NCBI GenBank assembly: GCA_022340465.1
Contig: JAJDNW010000096.1
Coordinates: 3,280-67,279, forward strand
DNA from: Deltaproteobacteria bacterium
GTDB taxonomy: Bacteria > Desulfobacterota > Desulfobacteria > Desulfobacterales > B30-G6
Direction of reading: 5' to 3'
Length of the DNA stretch: 64,000 nt
Part shown: positions 28,863 through 37,024 of the stretch, in pieces
Position numbering within the stretch: the stretch's first letter is position 1
How the letters are laid out: each line of letters starts with the position of its first letter
Notes under the pieces: generated by a model
Database searches by the model: none
Seen by the model: the letters and a program-made list of their open reading frames with translations, nothing else
What the model was told of the DNA's origin: nothing
Program-made: the position numbers and the translations under genes

Positions 28863-30149
28863 ATGAACAAGTGCCCTTACTGCAACTCGGTTCACAACGT
28901 AGGCTTCGTATCCATGCGACTGGCGGGCACGGATGGCGTATCTTTAGAAACTGCCAAATGGGCCCGGATTTTTGAACTGGAAGGGTTCCGTTGCCACTAC
29001 TTTGCCGGGGAACTCGACCGCCCCAGGGAACGCTCTTACCTCCTTCCTGAAGCTCATTTCTCTCATCCTGCAGTCAAAGAGATCTACCGCAACTGCTTCG
29101 GTGCGCATAAAAGACCCAGGCGCATCACCCGCGAGATTTACCACCTGAAAGAAAAGATCAAGGATCACCTTTACGATTTTATCCGCAGGAACCATATCGA
29201 CATCCTGGTCCCGGAAAATTCCCTTACCATCCCCCTCAACCTTCCCCTGGGCATTGCTATCACGGAAATGATATCGGAAACGCAAATCCCCACCATCGCG
29301 CATCACCACGACTTCTTCTGGGAGCGTCAGCATTTCATGACCAATGCGGTATGGGAATACCTCAACATGGCATTTCCACCTCACCTCCCCAGCATCAAAC
29401 ATGTCGTCATCAACTCCTCAGGCGACAATCAGTTGAGCCTGCGCACGGGTATATCCGCACATATCATCCCCAATGTCATGGATTTTGAAAACCCTCCGCC
29501 GCCGGTGGATGCCTATGCAGCCGACGTACGCCAGGCGCTTGGCATCGCCAACGATGAACTGTTGATTCTCCAGCCCACACGCGTGGTCAAACGCAAAGGC
29601 ATCGAACATGCCATCGAACTCGTTCGTCGCCTGGAGAAAAAGGCCAAGCTGGTCATATCCCATGCTTCCGGGGACGAAGGCTTCGACTATGAAATGCGGA
29701 TCCGTGAATACTCTGATATGATGGGTGTGGACACCCGCTTCGTCTCGAACATCATCAATGAAAGAAGAGGCGTGACAGATGACGGGAGAAAGATCTATAC
29801 GCTCGAAGACGTCTACCCGCACGCAGACCTCGTGACCTACCCATCGAATTTCGAGGGGTTCGGCAATGCCTTTTTGGAAGCCATTTACTTTTCCAAACCC
29901 ATCGTCGTCAACAACTACTCGATCTATTCGACCGACATAAAACCCAAGGGTTTCGATGTCATCGAAATAGACGGCTACGTGACGCAGGAAGCGGTGGAAA
30001 AAGCCGGGCAGGTGCTTAGTGATCCCCAAAGAAGCCGGGCGATGGTGGAACACAACTACCGCGTGGCTAAAAAACACTATTCTTACCGGAACCTCCACCA
30101 GCATTTGAAAACCATAATCTTCGAATCGCTGCTCTGCATTCAGGCATGA
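28863..30149 (+). CDS. Glycosyltransferase, GT-B fold (GT4/group 1-like)
   Basis: 428 aa. C-terminal 'YPSNFEGFGNAFLEAIYFSKPIVVNNY' matches the EX7E-type group-1 motif. The substrate cannot be determined from sequence alone. Confidence 0.8.
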   Translation: MNKCPYCNSVHNVGFVSMRLAGTDGVSLETAKWARIFELEGFRCHYFAGELDRPRERSYLLPEAHFSHPAVKEIYRNCFGAHKRPRRITREIYHLKEKIKDHLYDFIRRNHIDILVPENSLTIPLNLPLGIAITEMISETQIPTIAHHHDFFWERQHFMTNAVWEYLNMAFPPHLPSIKHVVINSSGDNQLSLRTGISAHIIPNVMDFENPPPPVDAYAADVRQALGIANDELLILQPTRVVKRKGIEHAIELVRRLEKKAKLVISHASGDEGFDYEMRIREYSDMMGVDTRFVSNIINERRGVTDDGRKIYTLEDVYPHADLVTYPSNFEGFGNAFLEAIYFSKPIVVNNYSIYSTDIKPKGFDVIEIDGYVTQEAVEKAGQVLSDPQRSRAMVEHNYRVAKKHYSYRNLHQHLKTIIFESLLCIQA

Positions 30150-30275
30150 TTTTCTTGCTTGACCCGGTATACCAGAATGTGAAACATGTGTACTTTCTGC
30201 AATTCGCGAAAGGATGTGCAAACAACAATTTAAATGATCGCACGGCGCGACAATCAAACAGCTGAAGGAAAACCG

Positions 30276-31253
30276 ATGAAATACATGACGAAAAAAAACC
30301 TTGTGACGCTCCTGCTATTCATCTTTATAACCATCCCGGTAACGGACCTTCGTGCAACGGAATCGAGCGATGTACTTGCCCGGGTCAACGGAAACGCCAT
30401 CACCAGCAAGGATCTGGACATGGAACTCGCGCGGGTGGAAAAGCAGGCGCAAATGAAGCAGAGTCCCATCCCTGAATCACAGTATCCGCAAATCCGGGCG
30501 GAACTTTTAGAAACCCTCATCAACCGCGAGCTGTTGTACGAGGAGAGCGTTAAAAACGGATACGCGGTTTCGCCGGCGGAACTTGACAGTGCCGTCGATG
30601 GGATCCAGGCACGTTTTGCCGATCGTAAGGGGCTCAAGGAGGCGCTTGCTGCGATGGGCATTACCGAAGCCGATTTCAGAATACAGGTTAAAAAAGGGCT
30701 TTGCATTCAGAAACTGCTTCAAAAGGAGGTTTTCGAAAAAATCGAAGTGACAGAGAAAGAAAGCCGCTCTTTTTACGACAACAACCCCAATTTATTCCAA
30801 AAGCCCGAGCAGGTTCGCGCGAGCCACATTTTGATCAAGGCAGCCCAGAATGACGACGATGAAAAAAAGGCCGCAGCCAGAAAAAAAATCGAAGAGATCC
30901 AACTGAAGATTGACGCCGGAGAAGACTTCGCCCAGTTGGCTCGCACCTATTCCGAGGGCCCCAGCCGGTCCCAGGGCGGAGATCTGGGGTATTTTGACCG
31001 CAAAAAAATGGTCAAACCCTTTTCCGATGCAGCCTTCCAGCTTCAACCAGGGCAGGTGAGTCCCATTGTCAAAACGCGCTTCGGATATCACCTCATCAAA
31101 GTGGTCGACCGCAAGCCTGAGGCCAAACTGACGTATGAATCGATAAAAAACAGGCTTGAGGAATCTCTTAAAAACAAAAAAATGCAGGCTGCAGCCGCCG
31201 AATTCGTCAATCGGCTCAAACAGGGCGCAACCATAGAAAGGATTTCGGGATAG
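30276..31253 (+). CDS. Periplasmic parvulin-type peptidyl-prolyl isomerase (SurA/PrsA-like)
   Basis: Signal peptide, then a chaperone-like N-domain. PpiC domain 'VRASHILIK...[43 protein letters not shown]'. I prefer the ATG at 30276. Confidence 0.85.
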   Translation: MKYMTKKNLVTLLLFIFITIPVTDLRATESSDVLARVNGNAITSKDLDMELARVEKQAQMKQSPIPESQYPQIRAELLETLINRELLYEESVKNGYAVSPAELDSAVDGIQARFADRKGLKEALAAMGITEADFRIQVKKGLCIQKLLQKEVFEKIEVTEKESRSFYDNNPNLFQKPEQVRASHILIKAAQNDDDEKKAAARKKIEEIQLKIDAGEDFAQLARTYSEGPSRSQGGDLGYFDRKKMVKPFSDAAFQLQPGQVSPIVKTRFGYHLIKVVDRKPEAKLTYESIKNRLEESLKNKKMQAAAAEFVNRLKQGATIERISG

Positions 31254-31265
31254 TTAGCTTTTTTC

Positions 31266-31293
31266 TTGACCTTGAACCTACAAATGTCATAAT
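31266..31293 (+). promoter_or_regulatory. Candidate sigma-70 promoter for cspA (TTGACC-N16-CATAAT with a TGn extended -10)
   Basis: TTGACC at 31266-31271, 'TGT' at 31285-31287, CATAAT at 31288-31293. This implies a ~140 nt leader, as is typical of cspA-type genes. Confidence 0.45.
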
Positions 31294-31438
31294 ACTAAAT
31301 CCAATTCAGATTATAAACAGGCAACGGAATCCCCGAAGATACGACCGGCCGATTCTCAAACGCATGCGTGTCCACGGAACCGGCATGGCCGCCCAACGCT
31401 CGGGTCAACAACAACGTTCATCAGAGGAGGTCAGCGCT

Positions 31439-31639
31439 TTGGCACAAGGAATTGTTAAATGGTTCAATGACAGAAAGGGTTACGGTTTCATCAGCCAGGA
31501 GGAAGGCAACGACGTCTTTGTACATTTCTCTTCCATAGAGTCAACCGGGTACAAGACTCTTTCAGAAGGGGATCGGGTCGAGTTTGACATCGAGGAAAGT
31601 GATCGGGGGCCTGAAGCCAAGAATGTAAGAAAGCAGTAA
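31439..31639 (+). CDS. cspA: Cold-shock protein (CspA family)
   Basis: '[30 protein letters not shown]' carries the RNP1/RNP2 motifs. The TTG at 31439 sits 8 nt after AGGAGG and gives a canonical 66 aa protein. The 91 aa ORF-track version (31364) adds an unlikely N-extension. Confidence 0.9.
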   Translation: MAQGIVKWFNDRKGYGFISQEEGNDVFVHFSSIESTGYKTLSEGDRVEFDIEESDRGPEAKNVRKQ

Positions 31640-31944
31640 TTGACAGCGCGTGGAAGTGCCTAACGAGCGCCATGCAAATTCATTTTCAAATGCATGCCCC
31701 GTCAGCCTGCCCGGCAGGGATGACGATCAAAAAACAAGACAAAACCGCGTAAGCGTTTGCTGCCCGCCAGCCTGCCGCGGGGGCAGCGGGTGCTGCCGCG
31801 GTTCAACCTTCGCGGCTGCTTACCGTATCTTGAGGCGTTGAAGGGCAATATAGCACCGGAGTTGCGCCAAAAGATAGGTGGGCGAGACCGTTCAATCACG
31901 AAGGCGAGCATACGTGTTTATCTATTCCCAACCGTGAAATCCAA

Positions 31945-32994
31945 ATGAAGAAGCTTCTGAATGCAGCCATTGTTCTTTTTTTATTCTTCGCGGCACAGGG
32001 TGTAAGCGGGCAGGAGTTCAACGCCGTCGTTTTGATGTACCACAAATTCGGCGAAGATCGCTACCCCAGCACCAGTGTCAGCCTGGAACAGTTCCATGCC
32101 CATCTGGAATACCTCGCAACCAACGGCTTTCATGTGCTGCCGCTGGAAGAAATCGTAACGGCGTATCGCAACAAAAGCCCGCTGCCGGACAAGTGCATCT
32201 CCTTCACCGTGGACGATGCCTACCTGTCCGTATACACACAAGCCTTCCCGCGCATGAAAAAGCGCAATTGGCCGTTCACCGTTTTTGTATCCAGCGATGC
32301 GGTGGACAAGGGGTATCGATCCTACATGACCTGGGATCAGATGCGCGAAATGAGAAAAAACGGCGTCTCCTTTGCCAACCACACCGCCAGTCACGACTAC
32401 CTGGTACGCAGAAAGCAGGGAGAGTCGGCGCAAGCCCATATCGATCGCGTGCGCAACGATATCGAACACTGCCAGAGGCGCCTCCTCGAAGAATTGGGCG
32501 ACGCCCCCATGTTGTTTGCCTATCCCTACGGCGAATACAACACCGAAATTGCCCGGTTGGTGGAATCCATGGGTTTCACAGCCTTTGGTCAGCACTCGGG
32601 CGCCGTGGGTCCCTTCTGCAACCCCGCAACCCTGCCCCGGTTCCCCGTAAACCAGCATTACGGCGATTTGAAAAGCCTGAAAACCAAATTCTACTCCCTT
32701 GCCCTGCCGGTGTCGTCCATAGTCCCCTTCGAGCCGGTGACGGCGGAAAGACGTCCTGTGCTGAAAGTTTATCTTGAGGAGACGGATGCGCGCTTGAACG
32801 AGCTGGCCTGCTTCGTAAGCGGTCAAGGAAGAACCATGCCCAAATGGATAGAGTCAAACAGACGTTTCTCCATTCAAGCGGCAAAAGACCTTGGCAACGG
32901 TAGAAATCGCTATACCTGCACGGCCCCCAATCGGGAACGCAGCCGGTATTACTGGTTCAGCCACCAGTTCGTTATTACCCCCCCGGTAGATTAG
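31945..32994 (+). CDS. Secreted polysaccharide deacetylase (NodB-homology, PgaB N-domain-like)
   Basis: Signal peptide. Motifs 'VVLMYHKFG', 'ISFTVDDAY', 'MTWDQMREM' and 'FANHTASHDYL'. Confidence 0.8.
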   Translation: MKKLLNAAIVLFLFFAAQGVSGQEFNAVVLMYHKFGEDRYPSTSVSLEQFHAHLEYLATNGFHVLPLEEIVTAYRNKSPLPDKCISFTVDDAYLSVYTQAFPRMKKRNWPFTVFVSSDAVDKGYRSYMTWDQMREMRKNGVSFANHTASHDYLVRRKQGESAQAHIDRVRNDIEHCQRRLLEELGDAPMLFAYPYGEYNTEIARLVESMGFTAFGQHSGAVGPFCNPATLPRFPVNQHYGDLKSLKTKFYSLALPVSSIVPFEPVTAERRPVLKVYLEETDARLNELACFVSGQGRTMPKWIESNRRFSIQAAKDLGNGRNRYTCTAPNRERSRYYWFSHQFVITPPVD

Positions 32995-33046
32995 CGGGCC
33001 CTCGAGAGATGCAATTGAAGGATATTCTCTGGCACCACCGTGGCGG

Positions 33047-33070
33047 AATGGAATAAGTAATGGAATAAGT
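33047..33070. repeat. Perfect 12-bp tandem duplication (AATGGAATAAGT x2)
   Basis: Read directly from the sequence, in the lower-GC spacer between the deacetylase gene and the 530-aa gene. Confidence 0.8.
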
Positions 33071-33309
33071 GTTGATCGCAGCAGCTTGATTGGATTTATC
33101 GGGCAGCTGTATAGTAACGTCAGTGTTCGAAAAAAAATCTTTATCCGGACAGATCCGGGAAAGGCGTCTGAAATTGACCACCACGACATGGAATTACCGC
33201 TGCCAGCAAGACAATGACGATGAATACGATGAGGAAAAGCAGCACCTGACATACACCCAGGAACCACCCGAAGATGAGGATGACGACGAGGAAATGGATG
33301 AAATGGGAT

Positions 33310-33335
33310 AAAAGCGTGTACCACGCTTTTATGAA
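33310..33335. repeat. Hairpin AAAAGCGTG-TAC-CACGCTTTT followed by ATGAA (family member), overlapping the stop of the 530-aa minus-strand gene
   Basis: Perfect 9-bp stem with the same architecture as 24492-24517. It sits where plus- and minus-strand ORFs converge. Confidence 0.6.
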
Positions 33336-34921
33336 TCGCCGTATCTAGCGTGCCAGAACTTCCCGGCAACGCACATGGCAGCCATGCTGCCGGCGGCTTC
33401 GATGAGTTCGGGAACCGATATCGCGGCATTGAATGCTCCCAGGTGCGGTCCGCTGTTAATGACGATGTCGGCCCGGTCCTTTTCGTAAGTTCCGACCCTC
33501 TCCTCAGCTACCCCCCTGTCGATCAAGAACGATCTGAATTCAGCGGTGGTCATCGTCTGCTGGTCGGCCACCCTGACCAGTTCTTCCATGTGGCGGTCAA
33601 CGCCCATCTCCTCGATCATGCGGTTGGACAACCGTTTCGGATCGAGGGGTACGGCACCCTGGAAACGCCTCCCGACAAACCCTTTATAGTAGTTGCGAAA
33701 GAGGCCGGTAATAATTTTCTCCAGCACTGTTTTCTCGAACAACCCCCTCGCATCCACAGGCCTCCCGTCGGCATCCAGCCCCACGAGATTCGTATCCTTG
33801 TTCCTGAAATAGCTCCCGGCCACCAGCAGGAGGCTCAAAAAATGCTGGCCTATGGTCAGGTAAAAATGTCCGTTTTTCCCGTCCGACGCCAGCAGGTGTT
33901 CGAAATCCCTGACGCCGCTGACGCCGATGTTGGGATAAGCGCAGGAGTGCAACCACCGATCCAGGCGACCGGCACGCACCCATTGGTATGCCCCCCGATC
34001 GTCTCGGCGCCCACGTTGTGTCCTGTTGTGAAAAAGGGGAATCAGGGCATCGTGCAGTATTCCCATGGCGGCCATCCTGCCCAGGATCCGGGCATTTCTG
34101 AACATCACCTCCCGGAACCTCCGGCTGCCCAGACGTCTGCCGGGGCAGGTTTCGTTGGGATAACCGAAATAAGTGTTGTCCGCCCAGAAACAGATGGCAT
34201 ATCCTTTGGGATGCAGCTCCTGCTCTGTGGGCAAGCGGGATGCAGGCACGCCGTGCAGCCGGAACACGAACGCATTGCCGATTTTGACGGGTTTGGGGAT
34301 GGCGAACCTGCGTCCAAAGGCACTTTTTCGGAAGTGCAACAGTTCCAGCCAGATGGATTCCCTTTGCAGTGTCGGGGGCGTGTCCCCGGATCGGGCCATT
34401 TTGAACACCAGGACGAGGCCGTCCGCCCGCGGGCCAAAAATCAAACTTCTGCCGACGGTATCGAATCCCCGCTCCCTGTTTTGCATGCCTGCCTGACGCA
34501 GCGCATCGTCTATGTGTACCGCCGGGAGCCTGTCGGTGGGGGGCACTTCGATGTCGGGCCCTTTTATTTTAAGGGGCAGCGCACCCAGAGCACCGGCTAC
34601 CGCCCTGTGAACCTCGCCGGACGTGGTCCCCAGCACCTCGATCAGCGTCCCCAAAGCCTCGCGGACGATTTTTCGCTCTCCTGCCCTTACAACGCAGGTG
34701 GTCAAGGTTTCCGCGGCTTCACGGTATAAAAAAAATCCCTGGCGCTGATGGTCGTAGGCCCGCTTCAGGAGCAGCTTTTTAATATCGACCGCCACCCGGC
34801 TGTCCATCGGTTCGGAATGGGCTTTGAGGCGCTCGTGCAACCGCACCAGCGCCATATACCTGGCGGAAAAATCCGTTGACCTGCCCGCAAAAAGATCGTC
34901 CGACGTCATACCCGATTCCAT
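33329..34921 (-). CDS. Hypothetical protein: N-terminal HEAT-like repeats plus a C-terminal domain with protein-kinase-like motif spacing
   Basis: 530 aa of normal composition, whereas the antisense 459-aa ORF is G/H/P/R-rich junk. 'REALGTLIEVLG...VHRAVAGALGALP' is HEAT/PBS-lyase-like. Downstream lie 'GILHDALIPLFHN' and 'VRDFEHL'. I can assign no confident family. Confidence 0.6.
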   Translation of the reverse strand: MESGMTSDDLFAGRSTDFSARYMALVRLHERLKAHSEPMDSRVAVDIKKLLLKRAYDHQRQGFFLYREAAETLTTCVVRAGERKIVREALGTLIEVLGTTSGEVHRAVAGALGALPLKIKGPDIEVPPTDRLPAVHIDDALRQAGMQNRERGFDTVGRSLIFGPRADGLVLVFKMARSGDTPPTLQRESIWLELLHFRKSAFGRRFAIPKPVKIGNAFVFRLHGVPASRLPTEQELHPKGYAICFWADNTYFGYPNETCPGRRLGSRRFREVMFRNARILGRMAAMGILHDALIPLFHNRTQRGRRDDRGAYQWVRAGRLDRWLHSCAYPNIGVSGVRDFEHLLASDGKNGHFYLTIGQHFLSLLLVAGSYFRNKDTNLVGLDADGRPVDARGLFEKTVLEKIITGLFRNYYKGFVGRRFQGAVPLDPKRLSNRMIEEMGVDRHMEELVRVADQQTMTTAEFRSFLIDRGVAEERVGTYEKDRADIVINSGPHLGAFNAAISVPELIEAAGSMAAMCVAGKFWHARYGDS

Positions 34922-35118
34922 ATTTCAGCATAGCATCAACGCCCTGCGATTTGAAAGCTTGAAAAACCGGCGGGGAAGCATTAACGTAGTGCTATCGTTC
35001 GTTGCCAATAATATCCCGACGGCAAATCGGCGACCTCCGGTAGAGCCTTAAGGTATTGGGGAGGCATCTTGAAGTGGCCGCTCTGCCCTCGATTCCGATG
35101 CTTTTCTATGGGGTGCAC

Positions 35119-37017
35119 ATGAAAACCGAAGGTTACTGGGCCGACAATTACGTCGAAAAAAAATGCAATGCGGAACATGCCATTAAAAAGATAAAAGCGG
35201 GGCAGCGCGTGTTCATCGGCTCCTCGTGCGGCGAACCCCAACATCTGGTTCAGGCCCTGGGGGAAGCCTCCAACCGCTATACCGACATCGAAATCGTCCG
35301 CCTCCTGGCCCTTGAAAGCACCCCCCTGACACTGATTGCCAACAAGTCCAAAAGTCAGAACCTGACCATACGGTCCTTTTACCTGGGGTCGGCCAAGGCG
35401 GAGCGGTTGTCGAGAAACCAGCGCTTCATCACCCCCATCAACCTGTCGGCCATACCGCGTCTGTTCCGCAGCCGTTTCCTACCCATCAATGTGGCCCTGA
35501 TCCAGGTGACGCCGCCGGATGATTTCGGCTGGATGAGCCTGGGGGTATCGGTGGACATCACCCTGGCCGCAGCATTGTCGGCAGACATCGTCATCGCCCA
35601 GGTGAATACCAACATGCCGCGCGTGCTGGGCCAGAGCTTCGTCCACGTGAACGACGTGGACTACATCGTCGAGCACGACGAACCCCTGATCAGCATCGAC
35701 AAGCGTCCGGAAAATGAATCGGCCGAGGAGGTCGGCAGGCTGATCGCGCGGCTGATAGAGGACGGTTCCACGCTCCAGTTCAGCCCGGGAACGACTCCCC
35801 AGGCCACCCTTCTGGCGCTGGCCGACAAGAACGACCTGGGGGTGCACACGCACTACCTGACGGATGAAATCATGCACCTGGTTTCACGGGGCGTCATCAA
35901 CAACCGGAAAAAGGGATTCAACGACGGAAAACTAGTGGCCAGCACCGCCTTGGGGACAAAAAACCTGTTCGAGTTCATCGACAACAACCCCAGTATCGAA
36001 TTTCATCCGTCGGACTACGTCAATGACCCCTCCGTCATCAGCCGCCACAACAAAATGGTGTCATTCAGCGTGGGCATGGCCATGGACCTTACCGGCCAGG
36101 TGGCCGCCGATGCCTTGCCCCACAACAATTTTTCGGGTGTCACCGGCATGCTGGACTTCATCAGGGGCGCCTCGCAGTCCCCGGGCGGCAAATCCTTTAT
36201 TCTAATGACCGCCACGGCCATGCAGGGGAAAAAAAGCCGCATCGTGCCCATGCTTGACCACACCGCCGTGGTGGTTCCCCGTGGGGACGTGCATTACGTA
36301 GCCACCGAATTCGGCGTTGTGAACCTCTTCGGCAAAAGCCTTCAGGAAAGGGCCACGGCCATGATCAGCATCGCCCATCCGGATTTTCGCGATGAATTGT
36401 TCCACGAAGCCAAGCAGCAGGGCCTCTTCGGGGCCGAACGGACCCTGGCGGAATCCATATCCGGTATATACCCGCGCCACCTGGAGGAGAATATCCTCAT
36501 CGACAACCAGACCGTAACCGTCCGACCGTCCAAGCCTGTGGACGAACGCCGCATTCAGGAACACTTTTATACCCTCGAGAAAAACGATATCGTGGCCCGG
36601 TTTTTTCACGAAAAAACCGCATTTGTTCACGACGAGGTAGGCAAGGTTTCCCAGGTGGATTACGTCAAGGATCTGACCATCGTGGCCGTCGTCGGGGAAT
36701 TCGGCTTCGGCAAGGTCATCGGTGTGGGGGAATACCTGCTGGACCCTTCCAATAATATGGCCGAGGTGGCCTTTTCCGTGTCCAAGGAATTCAAACGCAA
36801 GGGCCTGGGGAAAATCCTGATGAAAAAACTCTGCCAGGCGGCCCGGGAAAAAGGCATTTCCGGCCTGTTTGCCTACACCTCCCACGAAAACAAGGGAATG
36901 ATCAATCTTTTCAAGACGCTGCCCTACAAAGTCAAAAAAATATTCGAAGAGGACATGATTCTTTTGAAATGCAGCTTCGATGAACCGTTAACCAGCGACA
37001 ATGATCAAGCGAGGTAA
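35119..37017 (+). CDS. Acetyl-CoA hydrolase/CoA-transferase-family domain fused to a C-terminal Pat-type GNAT acetyltransferase domain
   Basis: N-terminal ~480 aa: 'KAGQRVFIGSSCGEPQHLVQAL', 'LQFSPGTTPQATL' and 'GVTGMLDFIRGA' fit the 4-hydroxybutyrate/acetate CoA-transferase fold. C-terminal ~150 aa: 'AEVAFSVSKEFKRKGLGKILMKKLCQAAREKGISGLFAYTSHENKGMINLFKTL' resembles the GNAT of protein acetyltransferase Pat. Confidence 0.8.
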   Translation: MKTEGYWADNYVEKKCNAEHAIKKIKAGQRVFIGSSCGEPQHLVQALGEASNRYTDIEIVRLLALESTPLTLIANKSKSQNLTIRSFYLGSAKAERLSRNQRFITPINLSAIPRLFRSRFLPINVALIQVTPPDDFGWMSLGVSVDITLAAALSADIVIAQVNTNMPRVLGQSFVHVNDVDYIVEHDEPLISIDKRPENESAEEVGRLIARLIEDGSTLQFSPGTTPQATLLALADKNDLGVHTHYLTDEIMHLVSRGVINNRKKGFNDGKLVASTALGTKNLFEFIDNNPSIEFHPSDYVNDPSVISRHNKMVSFSVGMAMDLTGQVAADALPHNNFSGVTGMLDFIRGASQSPGGKSFILMTATAMQGKKSRIVPMLDHTAVVVPRGDVHYVATEFGVVNLFGKSLQERATAMISIAHPDFRDELFHEAKQQGLFGAERTLAESISGIYPRHLEENILIDNQTVTVRPSKPVDERRIQEHFYTLEKNDIVARFFHEKTAFVHDEVGKVSQVDYVKDLTIVAVVGEFGFGKVIGVGEYLLDPSNNMAEVAFSVSKEFKRKGLGKILMKKLCQAAREKGISGLFAYTSHENKGMINLFKTLPYKVKKIFEEDMILLKCSFDEPLTSDNDQAR

Positions 37018-37024
37018 TTTAGAA

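Noticed and set aside
31364-31438. N-terminal 25-aa extension of the cold-shock protein in the ORF track
   Set aside because: There is no ribosome-binding site before the ATG at 31364. A perfect AGGAGG precedes the TTG at 31439, which gives the canonical 66-aa Csp length.
33350-34729. 459-aa plus-strand ORF overlapping the 530-aa minus-strand gene
   Set aside because: Its G/H/P/R-rich composition is typical of antisense frames. The minus-strand product has balanced composition and repeat-like helices.
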